Assembly (NCBI GenBank): GCA_035277225.1
Contig: DATEKY010000065.1
Coordinates: 1 to 62,823 of the forward strand
Direction of reading: 5' to 3'
Origin: Xanthobacteraceae bacterium
GTDB lineage: Bacteria > Pseudomonadota > Alphaproteobacteria > Rhizobiales > Xanthobacteraceae
DNA length: 62,823 nt
Below the pieces are notes generated by a model, which was not told where the DNA came from, ran no database searches, and saw only the letters and a program-made list of their open reading frames with translations. Both the position numbers and the translations under genes were made by a program. Shown here in pieces: positions 1 through 10,300 of this stretch (the stretch's first letter is position 1; each line of letters starts with the position of its first letter).

Positions 1-255
1 CGTGCGTTTGAGCAGGTACTGGTAGACGCGGCAGTGCTCATCGAGCAGTCGAAGCGCCGCCTCAAAGCGATGCACGAGCGCTTGTCGCTGCGGATGCGAC
101 AGGCCTTCGTAGTCGACGCCGCGAAGGCGATAGACGACGCCAACGTGACCGGCCTTCGTCAGGAACGTTGAGTCGTCGACGAACCCCCACAGCGCCAAGA
201 GGTTATTAACGCTTCCTGCGTCTCGGTAGTCGCGGAGGATGCGCCCGACGTTCAC
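1..255 (-). CDS. trbE: TrbE/VirB4 conjugal transfer ATPase, N-terminal fragment (runs off window)
   Basis: Reverse translation from the GTG at 253-255 reads VNVGRILRDYRDAGSVNNLLALWGFVDDSTFLTKAGHVGVVYRLRGVDYEGLSHPQRQ..., a typical TrbE/VirB4 N-terminus. The start overlaps the trbD stop. Confidence 0.85.
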   Translation of the reverse strand, partial: MNVGRILRDYRDAGSVNNLLALWGFVDDSTFLTKAGHVGVVYRLRGVDYEGLSHPQRQALVHRFEAALRLLDEHCRVYQYLLKRT

Positions 256-548
256 CACGGCGTCACCTCCACGTCCACACGATCGTGCTTTCCGGGGTCG
301 TATCGTCTCCGCGCCTTCGACGAAGCGAGTAGAATCCGGAGCATCTCCGGGTCGCGAGCCGTCGCCCACAGGGCAAACCCGTACAACCCGCCGGCCATCA
401 GCAGGCCGGCGAGGAACGAGTAGAACAGGTTGAACGTCGCCGCCCCGAGCAGCAGTGACAGGAAGAACAGACGCCTGTCCACGCCCCAGATCGTCAGGGG
501 ACGATGCAGCGCCTTGTACACGGGCCGGTACGTCGGGCGATCAGGCAT
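252..548 (-). CDS. trbD: TrbD/VirB3-like conjugal transfer protein
   Basis: 98-aa ORF with the motif LHRPLTIWGVDRRLFF followed by a hydrophobic hairpin. It sits between the pilin gene and trbE. Confidence 0.8.
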   Translation of the reverse strand: MPDRPTYRPVYKALHRPLTIWGVDRRLFFLSLLLGAATFNLFYSFLAGLLMAGGLYGFALWATARDPEMLRILLASSKARRRYDPGKHDRVDVEVTPW

Positions 549-578
549 GCCCGCACCTCCGCAAACCTTACGGACGTT

Positions 579-845
579 TCAGAACAACCAGACGAGGAAC
601 TGCGCCGCGAAGAGCGCGAGTCCGCCGCCGAACACGATGCCGGAGATCTGGCGTTTCGCGCCGCCCTCTCCGAACATGAACATCAGTCCACCGATGACGA
701 TGGCCACGAGCGCAAGCGAGCGCGCCAACGGGCCTGTGAACGTGCGTTCGAGATTGCTCGCGGCGCGCTCCCAAGGAGACTGGGCAAATGCCAGTGTGGG
801 CAGGAGAAGGAGAGCCGTGAACACCATCGTACTCACGCGTCGCAT
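579..845 (-). CDS. trbC: TrbC/VirB2-like T4SS pilin precursor
   Basis: Signal-like N-terminus MRRVSTMVFTALLLLPTLAFAQ, then two hydrophobic segments (LALVAIVIGGLMFMFGEGG...). ATG at 843-845; an alternative upstream start lies at 872. Confidence 0.7.
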   Translation of the reverse strand: MRRVSTMVFTALLLLPTLAFAQSPWERAASNLERTFTGPLARSLALVAIVIGGLMFMFGEGGAKRQISGIVFGGGLALFAAQFLVWLF

Positions 846-933
846 CACTCTGACTACGTGGTCGCAGGGCATCGAAAACCTCCCGCGCTGGTGTCGTCGG
901 AACTAGAATTGATCTAGCAGTACGAGCTTACGC

Positions 934-1272
934 ATGTCAACAGCAAAAGCGAGCCCCCCAGCAAGCGGACATGTTTCGGCGGAATTGGCGACGTGTCTCG
1001 GCGTCAGACGAACGATGACGCTGCGGCGCATCATGCGACAGACAGGACTTCCGCCGGAGGTCCTTCTCGATCTCGCGTTGGAGATGCTCGACATCGCGAG
1101 CCGAAAACTCTCTCCATCGCCCATAAAAAGGCAGGCCGTTGGCCTTGGTGCTGCGCGCTGGCGCAACATCGGTCCCGAGGAGCGGAGCGAGGCGTTGCGG
1201 AAGGCCGCGCAGGCACGGTGGGCCAAGCCGCGTCGCAACAATCGCGACGAGGGCAACCAAGGGAAGAAGTAG
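934..1272 (+). CDS. Hypothetical small basic protein
   Basis: 112-aa ORF divergent from trbC. It has no recognisable motif, has a basic C-terminus, and is followed directly by a perfect palindrome. Confidence 0.4.
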   Translation: MSTAKASPPASGHVSAELATCLGVRRTMTLRRIMRQTGLPPEVLLDLALEMLDIASRKLSPSPIKRQAVGLGAARWRNIGPEERSEALRKAAQARWAKPRRNNRDEGNQGKK

Positions 1273-1293
1273 TACGCAGAATCTGCGTACTAC
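1269..1293 (+). terminator. Perfect 11-bp inverted repeat (GTAGTACGCAG-aat-CTGCGTACTAC) overlapping the stop codon of the 934-1272 ORF
   Basis: Read directly from the sequence. There is no downstream T-tract, so it could be a terminator hairpin or a protein-binding palindrome. Confidence 0.3.
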
Positions 1294-1600
1294 CAGTACA
1301 GGACAGCGCAGTACAGAAGCATGCAAGCTAACGCATGGCTGTTGGGCTACGAAGACGGACCGATAGCCGGTTGAGCGCTAGCTGAAGAGAAAGAAATGGC
1401 GGGCAAGACCGGTGCAGATCACATGCCGGAGAGTTGAAACGGCAGAGGCGCCCGGAACTCGGGCAGTTTCAGTCGCTTGCGAGCATGGCTGTCGACACGG
1501 AAGAGGCGGGCGGTCGTTGGTACCAGGAAAGTTCTACCTGCCTGCGTGAACAGTTGGCCATGAACATTACACGCCCTTCTGCGCGAGCTGCGCCGGAAAC

Positions 1601-2008
1601 TCACGCGTCACCGACGCGAAGCCTGAGCCGTTTGAGCATGCAGGCGAGGTCGTTCGGGTGCCAGCTGTGGCGCAATATTAAGGCGACGGCGATCGCCTGT
1701 GCGTACTGACCGGGCCGAAGGTCGCCCGTCGCCCTTCCCAGTAACTCTTCGAAGTGGTCGTCGACGTACAGTTCTTCGAGGACAGCCTCGATGAGCTGCC
1801 GGTTCCATCGGAGAGATCTCGTTGCGGAGACCGCTGCACGAACCAACGACGGGCGCGTATCGCGGCGCCAGCGCCGAGTGACGCGGTCAACGGCACGAGA
1901 GCTTCGCCTCTTCCGGCCCAAGGGACGCGATGAGGATTGAGGGCGACTGGCAGCTGGCTTTCCGCGCGGTGACATGGGGCGCTCCTGGAGCTCGTGAGAG
2001 GCCGGCAT
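1601..2008 (-). CDS. Hypothetical protein
   Basis: 135-aa ORF. The C-terminal half looks protein-like (LIEAVLEELYVDDHFEELLGRATG...). The N-terminal half is Arg/Ser/Pro-rich and may not be translated. Confidence 0.3.
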   Translation of the reverse strand: MPASHELQERPMSPRGKPAASRPQSSSRPLGRKRRSSRAVDRVTRRWRRDTRPSLVRAAVSATRSLRWNRQLIEAVLEELYVDDHFEELLGRATGDLRPGQYAQAIAVALILRHSWHPNDLACMLKRLRLRVGDA

Positions 2009-2310
2009 CCCTGGACAGGTTCATGCCAGGTGCCACTGTTAGGGGCTGTGTTTTCAGCACCTTACAGGCAATGGACGGCGACCGGCATCGACGACTTTCG
2101 GTTGTTCGATGTCACGAATGTGATCGCGAGTTGACCAGCCGCGGGATGGGAGGCGCAGACTGGTAGCGCCGTCGAGCTTTCCCAGGATTTTCCTGCACGG
2201 CGTAAGCGATTGACCACACACCATTTGCGGGGGTGCGGCCCCAAACAGAGGCGAAAAAAGTACGAAAACAATTGACGGCTCGGAGCCGCAGCCTTATTCT
2301 GGCCGCTTGC

Positions 2311-3609
2311 ATGCCCGCCGCCGACTTGTTGATAAAGCCGCAAAAGCCAACTTTCATTGACCTTTTTGCCGGCTGTGGCGGGTTCTCTCTCGGGTTCTGC
2401 CAGGCTGGATGGCAGGGCGTTTTCGCCATAGAGCGCGATGCATCTGCCTTCAAGACGTTTTCCAGTAACTTCCTCGATTCGAACTCCGAATACCCTTTCC
2501 TTTGGCCAGAGTGGCTGGAGAAAAAGAACGTCGACATACGACGGGCTCTCCGCGATCACCGCTCCGAACTGAGGAAGTTGCGTGGATCGATTGACGCGAT
2601 CATCGGAGGGCCACCGTGTCAAGGATTCTCGTTCGCTGGCCACCGCCGTCGCACGGATACGCGAAACCAGTTGTTCCGGGCTTACATCGACTTCGTCAAG
2701 GTCGTCCGTCCGCGCTTTGTTCTGATCGAGAACGTGCGGGGCATCTGCATCGAGCACGGGAAGAAGCAGCGACTTATTCGAAAGAATGGTCGGCCTGCGA
2801 TCCCATTCGCCCAGCGCATCGTTGATGCCTTGAAGGAGTTGGGCTATTGCACACGGGATCCCGAGTTAGTTCAGGCATCCGACTTCGGCGTACCGCAACG
2901 GCGCCCGCGCGTATTCTTTTTCGCGTATCGCAAGGACGCCGTGTCCGGCGTTGCGGAGCTGTTCAAGACTCTCTACGAATCGCGTCGGGGGTTTCTTCAG
3001 CAAAGGTCACTGCCGGTGAAGCGGCCCGTCCATGTCGAGGAGGCGATTTCCGACTTGATTCGCAAGCATGGGACCGTGAAGTGCGAAGACAAGTCATCGC
3101 CGAAAGGGTTTAGGCAGGGACTCTACGGTGCAAGGGAGTCCAAGTACCAGAGCCTCTTGAGAAACGGACACAGGCCGGGAATTCCCGCGCAGAGTCATCG
3201 TTTCGCCAATCACGAGGACGAAACCGAAAAGCGATTCAGGAAGATCCAGAAGGAATACCGCAAGGGCGTTCAACTTCACCAGCGCGATCGCGCGGAGTTG
3301 GATATCTCAAAGCACGTCGTCGTGCCTTTACGCGGCGACCAAATCGGCCACACGCTTACCACGCTACCGGACGATTACATTCATTACTGCGAGCCGAGAA
3401 TATTAACCGTGCGTGAGTATGCTCGCCTCCAAAGCTTCCCGGACGAATTCGTTTTCGACGGGCCATTCACAAGCGGAGGCGATCGTCGAAAGAAGACGTG
3501 TCCTCGTTATACCCAGATCGGCAATGCGGTTCCGCCTCTATTGGGCGAAGCGTTGGCCCTCGCCCTTCTCAAGATTCACGCTGCCGAAGATGCCGTACAA
3601 GCAGAATGA
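2311..3609 (+). CDS. DNA (cytosine-5)-methyltransferase
   Basis: C5-MTase motifs I, IV, VI, VIII, IX and X are all readable: FIDLFAGCGGFSLGF (I), GGPPCQGFS (IV), ENV (VI), QRRPRVFF (VIII), TVREYARLQSFPD (IX), GNAVPPLL (X). ATG at 2311; an alternative upstream start lies at 2233. Confidence 0.93.
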   Translation: MPAADLLIKPQKPTFIDLFAGCGGFSLGFCQAGWQGVFAIERDASAFKTFSSNFLDSNSEYPFLWPEWLEKKNVDIRRALRDHRSELRKLRGSIDAIIGGPPCQGFSFAGHRRRTDTRNQLFRAYIDFVKVVRPRFVLIENVRGICIEHGKKQRLIRKNGRPAIPFAQRIVDALKELGYCTRDPELVQASDFGVPQRRPRVFFFAYRKDAVSGVAELFKTLYESRRGFLQQRSLPVKRPVHVEEAISDLIRKHGTVKCEDKSSPKGFRQGLYGARESKYQSLLRNGHRPGIPAQSHRFANHEDETEKRFRKIQKEYRKGVQLHQRDRAELDISKHVVVPLRGDQIGHTLTTLPDDYIHYCEPRILTVREYARLQSFPDEFVFDGPFTSGGDRRKKTCPRYTQIGNAVPPLLGEALALALLKIHAAEDAVQAE

Positions 3610-5794
3610 GACTGTCGATCGCCTCCTGCTCCAGGCGTACGGTCAGAAGGCCGCGGTCGCCCTGCCCATTCCTCGCGCGGATGGTGCCGCAGTCGTTGGG
3701 AGGTTTCCTGCTGGCGTTAATAACACTCTCGACCATCTTGTAGATGCGTTCGTGGGCTGGCGCGAACGGCGAGAGGTCCATTGGTGCTTCCTGATCGGTG
3801 GACCAGGAAACGGTAAGTCGGAGGCATTGCGCATCCTCGCCGGCGCCCTCAACGTCACGCTGCCTGGCCGCGGAACCGGAGACCCCGCACCACGGACGGT
3901 ACCAAGTGAATGGCCCACATCGGCGCTCCCAGTGCACGATGGGCTCGAGATAGCTTTCATCAACGACGCGTCCATTCCTAGGCCGGATTGCCTGGGTCGC
4001 AACCTGCCCACATCGCTTTACAAGGATCTCGTGGACGGCCTCCAAAGGCTGGATCAGACGAACCCTGTCGTCTTGTTCGGCAACGTCAATCGCGGAATCT
4101 TGATCGAAGAGGTTGCAGCGAGTGAATCAGGGGTGAATGAGAATGATTCGTCGACTGGCGCCCTCGCTGTGCAAATCCTGGCTTGGCTGTCTCGCCCGGA
4201 CCAGCAACTCGATGCGGCTTCCGGACTCGCGGTGCCCTTCAAACCGACACGGTCGACAAAGTACTACTCACAAGCTGTCTTTAATGGCCAAACGAACAAG
4301 CTGGTCGTTCACGCCCTGTTTCTCGACACGCTCTCCCTTCTGGAGCCGTCCCCCGGCGGAACTAAAAGTATAGATTTCAGCAAGTCTCCTCCCGCCGTCG
4401 CGCCATACCACCCCATTGGAAGCGTCGATCCGACACAGGGCTCCAGGGAAGTGACTGTTGCCGGAGAGCGCACAGCGTTTTGGACGAGAGCCTCGTTGTG
4501 GAACGACGGCGGTTGCACGATCAACGGTCAGCAGTGCGCCGCCTACTCGGTATGTCCGTTTGCGGCTAACGCTCAGTGGCTACGCGCGCCGATACTGCGG
4601 GAACATTTCCTGTCCCTCATGCGCGGTGTCGAGGTCGCTGCTGGGAGACGCCTCTCCTACAGAGATCTTTTGGCCTACCTCTCTCTGGCCATCGTAGGGC
4701 CTCCCGAGGAAGCATGGCTGAACGGCCTCCATCCTTGTCGCTGGGTTGAGGATCGGCATCGCTTGGGTGACAGTCAGGCTCTCGCCGAATTGACGCACCG
4801 CCGCGTGTACGTGAACCTGTTTCCTAACCCGTCCTCGGATAGCTGGAAAAAGATCTCCCGGGGAGCGAAAACGGCACGAACCGTATATGGCTCGGTGCAG
4901 CGACGGTTCGTCGACGCCATCGAGCCAACGCTCAGTCCCTTTCATCGGAGCCTCGCGCGTCTCGATCCCGCAAGGGATGCAGATTCCTGGAACGAGCTCA
5001 GAACCAAGATTCTCGACATCTGTGACGCCGCCGACATTGAGCTGCCCGCCGTGCAGCTGCGAAACCTACCGGACCTGCCAGCCGCCGCGCATTCCGACGG
5101 TGAACAGGCCTTGGACCAGCTGGTGTCAGCGGAAATCGCAGGGGATCTAGCGAGTGGGAGCCGAATCGGGTCTGACCGGGTTCGCATCTTGCGCAAGTGG
5201 CGAGGCGTCCTATTGCTGCGCCAGGCGGGTCTCGCTACAGGGAACTTCACCTTTCGCAACACGATCAACGCGTGGCTCAGGGAGCACAGCGCGGCCTTGA
5301 GCGAGCTGCCTGGCGGAAGCCAGCTCCAAGTGGGCCTCACGAACCTGATACTCCCGCGCGTGGAATTAGGCGCCGCGCAACACTACATTCTTGTGCTGCC
5401 GCTTCGTCCACGGACGTATGCCCTAAGCGCATTGCCAGATCCATTCTCAGCATTCGTCGCGATCCCGCATGGCAACCTTCGCGTCCGCATGGTGGCTGAA
5501 AGCGACAGGCTGATCGCCGAAATCAGTGTCGTGGGTGCCACCGACGTGAAACGCATCGCAGATGTCGTTGTCGACTTCGCCATCGCGCGTGAAGGTCTCA
5601 TCCAGGCAACGGGTGACTTCACTGGATTCACCGAGATCGGGTACGGCGCCTTCGCACGGATCGAACGAGCCCGGGCCGCACTGGTCGGCAGGAAGCAGAC
5701 CGAGGATTTGTTGCTACACGTGGTCGGTTCAAGCGGTGATCACTTCCGCCTCGAACCCAATCCAACCGGAACTCCCGCGCTTCGAGCGATGTAG
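3590..5794 (+). CDS. P-loop NTPase of unknown family (DptF-like position and architecture)
   Basis: 734 aa from the ATG at 3590, which overlaps the methyltransferase 3' end by 20 nt. Walker A is FLIGGPGNGKSEAL (nt 3797-3820). A possible Walker B-like motif is LEIAFINDAS. The rest has no motif I recognise. Confidence 0.8.
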   Translation: MPYKQNETVDRLLLQAYGQKAAVALPIPRADGAAVVGRFPAGVNNTLDHLVDAFVGWRERREVHWCFLIGGPGNGKSEALRILAGALNVTLPGRGTGDPAPRTVPSEWPTSALPVHDGLEIAFINDASIPRPDCLGRNLPTSLYKDLVDGLQRLDQTNPVVLFGNVNRGILIEEVAASESGVNENDSSTGALAVQILAWLSRPDQQLDAASGLAVPFKPTRSTKYYSQAVFNGQTNKLVVHALFLDTLSLLEPSPGGTKSIDFSKSPPAVAPYHPIGSVDPTQGSREVTVAGERTAFWTRASLWNDGGCTINGQQCAAYSVCPFAANAQWLRAPILREHFLSLMRGVEVAAGRRLSYRDLLAYLSLAIVGPPEEAWLNGLHPCRWVEDRHRLGDSQALAELTHRRVYVNLFPNPSSDSWKKISRGAKTARTVYGSVQRRFVDAIEPTLSPFHRSLARLDPARDADSWNELRTKILDICDAADIELPAVQLRNLPDLPAAAHSDGEQALDQLVSAEIAGDLASGSRIGSDRVRILRKWRGVLLLRQAGLATGNFTFRNTINAWLREHSAALSELPGGSQLQVGLTNLILPRVELGAAQHYILVLPLRPRTYALSALPDPFSAFVAIPHGNLRVRMVAESDRLIAEISVVGATDVKRIADVVVDFAIAREGLIQATGDFTGFTEIGYGAFARIERARAALVGRKQTEDLLLHVVGSSGDHFRLEPNPTGTPALRAM

Positions 5795-5825
5795 GTAGCC
5801 CTTCATCGTCCGCACGAGCATTGAT

Positions 5826-7343
5826 ATGGCTGACAGTTGGTTAGAGGCGGCACTGCCGCTGGATAGGCCGGAGTACTCAAAGCAGACCGAAGCCCTGCTT
5901 ACGGACCTCCTATGGCGTTCAGAGGGTTCGACGCTCAGCGAAGTCGCGACGCAGCTCGCTGGTCTCGAGACAACCACAAAACAGAAGCTGGAAAGGGTCG
6001 TTTTCGAGAAGATCGGTAAGGCATCACCTGCAGTTCTGGAATCGATTCCTTTTGCTCGGGAAGCGGATATCAGTTCGATTGTTGCCGGACCGAGGGCCAA
6101 GGAGTGCCTGGCAGCCCTGCTCTTCGGCTTGAGAGCGCCTCGTTCAAGAGCGTACAAGTCCCTATCCGCAGTTCCTGTTCACCCGGAACTAGTGGCATTA
6201 CAGACGTTGCACGGGATCGTCAACAAAGAGAACCCAGCAAACCTCGCGAAGATCATTGAACGTTTCGGTCTGTTGGGCGGTTCGGATGGGGTTGGCGCTG
6301 TGGCTCGCCAGTTCCTTGCTGGCTTTGAAGCGCAACCAACGGCTCAACGCGGTCTGGCTGGTGCAGCCGGTGCCATCTACACGTCAATCTCCAGCGCGGT
6401 TTGGGAACAGCTGAGAACGCTAGCGGCAGCTTCCGGGAAGCCGTTGCCCGAGTGGCCAACCGTACGACCGAGACAGCACGAAGCCGCCGTTACTTTTCCC
6501 CACGTAGCCGCGCTGCCGCGCACGCCATTCAAGTGGTTCTGGGCCAAGTGGGTCATCCTCTGTGATCGCGAACGCGGCTGGCTGGATCACTTACCGGAAA
6601 GACGCTGGGTTGACTGGAGCCTTGCGCTGCTACGTGGTGCCTTGGCGTTTGGATATCTCTGGGAGGCGGAATGGTACGTGCGCATCTACGATCGGCTGGT
6701 TGAGCGACGACGAGGGTTAGAGCAAGGTCCCGAGAGGGAGAAACTCCTCGGCCTGCTCAACGGTCAGTTCACCCTCGCCGTGGTTCATCCTCGGCAGCTC
6801 GCGCCTTCGCAGAAGAGGATGTGGAGTGCACTTGCGGACAACGTTGCCAGGGGTTACGAAGTCAGGCGCCGATTGATCGCGTTCTTCGTGAACAATCCAA
6901 CGAACCAACCGCAGGATGGTGACCCGCGCACGACGGTTCCAGAATGGATCGACGCGCTGTCAATTGAAGATCTCGCGACGCTTGGGGACAGCCTGTCGAT
7001 CACAGCTTCGACAGCCACGAACACGAAGGAGTTCATCAGGTACTTGATGCTGCAACGATCCGCCGATGACGACTCCAGCGACCAAGCGGACCTTTACTAC
7101 TTGGCCCGCTCTCAGCAGTCGCATTTCTGGGTCGAGCTTGGCCCCGAATGGCTCGTCGTGGAGACGGCCCTGCTGGCCGGTCGCCCTGGGAAGAGCTGCA
7201 CCCTCAGGATGCTCATGGACGACTTGTCGTCGCTCGGTATCTTGATAGACCGATCGACGCTGGTCGGTTTGCTTGAGGATACGGGTTTGAGTGCGGATAG
7301 CCCGGATGCCGACGACGCCCTCGTCATCGAGTCCGGATTCTGA
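5826..7343 (+). CDS. Hypothetical protein (DptG-like position; no recognisable motif)
   Basis: 505-aa ORF lying 31 nt after the previous gene and 5 nt before the next. Its composition is protein-like. Confidence 0.8.
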   Translation: MADSWLEAALPLDRPEYSKQTEALLTDLLWRSEGSTLSEVATQLAGLETTTKQKLERVVFEKIGKASPAVLESIPFAREADISSIVAGPRAKECLAALLFGLRAPRSRAYKSLSAVPVHPELVALQTLHGIVNKENPANLAKIIERFGLLGGSDGVGAVARQFLAGFEAQPTAQRGLAGAAGAIYTSISSAVWEQLRTLAAASGKPLPEWPTVRPRQHEAAVTFPHVAALPRTPFKWFWAKWVILCDRERGWLDHLPERRWVDWSLALLRGALAFGYLWEAEWYVRIYDRLVERRRGLEQGPEREKLLGLLNGQFTLAVVHPRQLAPSQKRMWSALADNVARGYEVRRRLIAFFVNNPTNQPQDGDPRTTVPEWIDALSIEDLATLGDSLSITASTATNTKEFIRYLMLQRSADDDSSDQADLYYLARSQQSHFWVELGPEWLVVETALLAGRPGKSCTLRMLMDDLSSLGILIDRSTLVGLLEDTGLSADSPDADDALVIESGF

Positions 7344-7348
7344 CGACT

Positions 7349-10300
7349 ATGGGATTCCTGGGCAGCGCACTGGCGACTTACCTTGCTGAGTTCCGAGGCT
7401 TATATTCGGTCCAGCTCCCGCAAGCGCTGCGACCTGAGTTGGTCCGGCTCGTCGCGGACCTTAACAGCGTGACACCGAGGCGCGGGATCTACGTCAGTGA
7501 TCTCGACCTCCCGGGCGCGCCGCTCACGAGCCGCTGGGCCGAGGCATTGAGGTGGCGGACGGCGGACGATCGGATTTTTGTGTGGGAGCGCGGGGCGGGG
7601 GAGCCGGATTCATCCTTTCAGAGCGCCGTTCGCGATTTCATCGGTCCGCGGTTTCCAGTCGATGGGAGCATCTGTGACCTTGCGACGCTCGCGACGCTCG
7701 TGGTTCGGCACCTCTTTGCGTCGCGCGGCCTGAGCACTTCGGGGCCCTTCTTCGACGGCTTTGCTAACACGGCTGCCTGGGTTGCTGATGCCTATGCCTT
7801 GCTGTTCCGCGAGATCGGTTCGTCGACGGTTTCGCATTGGACCGATGGCTTCTTGGTCGAGTGGTCAGACTTCTGCGATCACCTTCCGCTCGTACTCGAC
7901 CGAGCGGTTGCCGAAGGGCTTCAACCTCGATTCGCCTGGGACATCGTTCGAGTCGCCGGCCTGGTCGTACCCCAGTTGGAAGCCGGAAGTCCGTTCGGGA
8001 ACTCGCCAGTCGACCACCTTCCTCACGAGAAGGCGCTCACGAAATACATCAAGACTTGGCAGCAAGTCGTTGGCAACTTTCTCGGTTCCAGCTCACATCG
8101 CGTCGTCCTTCTAAACGAGTTGGATCGTCGCGTTCAGGGTGCCGGAAGCCGGACGCCGTGGCGCGACCTTCCGTGGAACCAGCTCGATCAAGTCGCCGAC
8201 GGGTCGAGCGCAGCGGCCGTCGGCCGTCGAGTGTTTGCAGCGCCATCGTCGGTGTCCGTTATCGGCCCGCAGCCGCCGGTATATCCGGCTGCGCCTGACG
8301 GAACTTGGTGGGGTGTCACGGAGGAAGATCTGCAGGCGGCGATCGATGAGGTCAAAGAGGAGAGGCCGGTCGAACCGCTGCCATCGAGCCAGACAGTCAT
8401 ACAGCCGTTTCAATCGACGGACAATTACCTGCTTGCGACCCGCACCGGCAGTATCACCTTCCCGAGTACTGCTAAGAAATGGCGCTGCGCGATCCAGTGC
8501 CCCGAAGTTGAACTCCAGTATCGCGGTCGCTGGAAGTCCCTCTTTGTCGAGGAGGATGAGCCTGGAGGCGCCATTGATGGCGATGCTTGGATCCACCCCG
8601 GTGACATCGAGGTGAAGATATCTGGGAAAGGCGTGTCCGCAACGGTCGCGAACGCCGACAGTGTTGGCGGCCTGCTGAGGGTCACCTGCAACATCAAAGT
8701 TGAGTATTCGGGGGCCATTGACGCTACATCACAACGCGTCACGAGTGAGTGGGATCCCCACCGAAGCCTTGCGTTGATTCTGAAGATCTACAATCGTTCG
8801 GCAGACGGCTTCGCTGCTGCGCGGGAGGCACGCTCACAGATGGAACTCGTCGTTCCATCTTGCCTGGCTCCGACCATCGTCCTGAGGGCTGATGGCGACA
8901 CGGTCGTGTCGCCGACCGGAGATGATGAGTTCGTCCGCGAGCCAGGCGCCGAACAGGCCGCACCGTCAAGCACCCCCGAGATCAAACTGGCCGATGAAGA
9001 TGTGTATGACGTGTGCGTCTACGACGGCACCGTACGCGCCGGGATTGGTGCTTTCAACGATCCGAGTCCCGTAAGCGTAGGGGACGCCACGCTCGGCGTA
9101 GACCCCAACGTCATTGGCCTTGGCGTCGGCAGGCCCGCGCTTGCAGACGGAACAACACTTACGCGTCAAGCCAGCGGCCAACAAGACGAGCTGGCGGTCA
9201 TTCGCATCCTGGAAGAACAGCCGGCAGCTGTCTCTTCTGGCATCGTGGCCGTCCTCCAGGGGAAGCCCGCCGCACGGAGGCCGCCGAGCAACGCGGCCAC
9301 CGTCTCGATTCTCGGTCAGCATCAAACGCGTGTCGTTCGCGGAATCTGTTCCCAGCTCGGCGTCCTGCCGTTTGTTTCGTTGTTCCACACAGTTGTGGCA
9401 TCAGGGAGTTCTGTCGCCGTCTGGCCTGACCGACACCCGGCGACCAAGAGCCCCCTTTTCATCGGCCTTTCGCATGGCAGCCTCCCGGGAATCGGGAGTG
9501 GCCCAAGCACCATCTTCGGGACGCCAGAGTGGGCCGCTTTTGGCGACTCGCTCGAAGAAGTGTGCGCAGCCATCGGCCTGACACCGGAATCCCATGCTCT
9601 CTGGTTGTCAGGTTTCGACCCCTCGACCGTTCCGAGCACGGTGGTCCGTCGTTACAATCAGGCCCACGCGGCGCTGATCGATGCGGCGGAAGCGATTTCA
9701 CCAGCCGAGACGTTCTGGACCAGTTACCCGTTCTCCGTCGTTGTCGTAAACGGCCAACCAGGAAAGCACTTCGGCCAGCTTGAGGCAGTCCTGCTATCGC
9801 CGCTTCATCCTGTTCGTTTGACGTGGGCTCATTCGGTGGCAACGTTTGCGCGCCACATCGACGTGCGGGCGCCCGGCAGCCGAGAACTTCTCGGCTTGGC
9901 TGAGGGGTGGAACTTCCCGTTAGTCGGCCATGCGCCGAATGCTACCGGAGGGAAGCTTCAGCTCGTGGCGGTTCCGATCGATCCCGGGCCTGAACGAGAC
10001 TTCATCCAGTGGAGTGCTTTAGCTACCTTGGTACAAGGCCTCGTCGAAGTTCCGTCCGAGGCGACCGGGTTGCCGCTCCCCTGGGCCGGACGTTCCGGCA
10101 TCAACGACAAGGTCGTTCAGAGGTCGCTCGACGACTATCTAGCCGTTTCGCCGTATGTCGGCTCCCTTGTTGTCGATCTCCGCAGCGTTGCCCAAGCCCC
10201 GCGCTCTGCCGAGATCGACAACGCGGTCCTCGAGTTCTTGACCGACGCGTCGAATCCACTGGTTACAGCCCTGCCCGGCGGCGCGAGAGTGTGGGATTCA

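Larger units (their letters stand above)
1..872 (-). mobile_element. Partial conjugative type IV secretion (Trb/VirB-like) module, implying an ICE or plasmid context
   Basis: Three consecutive minus-strand genes have TrbC/VirB2, TrbD/VirB3 and TrbE/VirB4 sequence character. The operon continues beyond the left edge. Confidence 0.6.

Noticed and set aside
2062-2757. 231-aa minus-strand ORF overlapping the 5' part of the methyltransferase gene
   Set aside because: It has no motifs and overlaps methyltransferase motifs I-IV, so it was judged a shadow ORF.
3413-3589. N-terminal extension of the P-loop gene ORF inside the methyltransferase gene
   Set aside because: It overlaps motifs IX and X of the methyltransferase in another frame. 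The ATG at 3590 gives a sensible 20-nt overlap instead.
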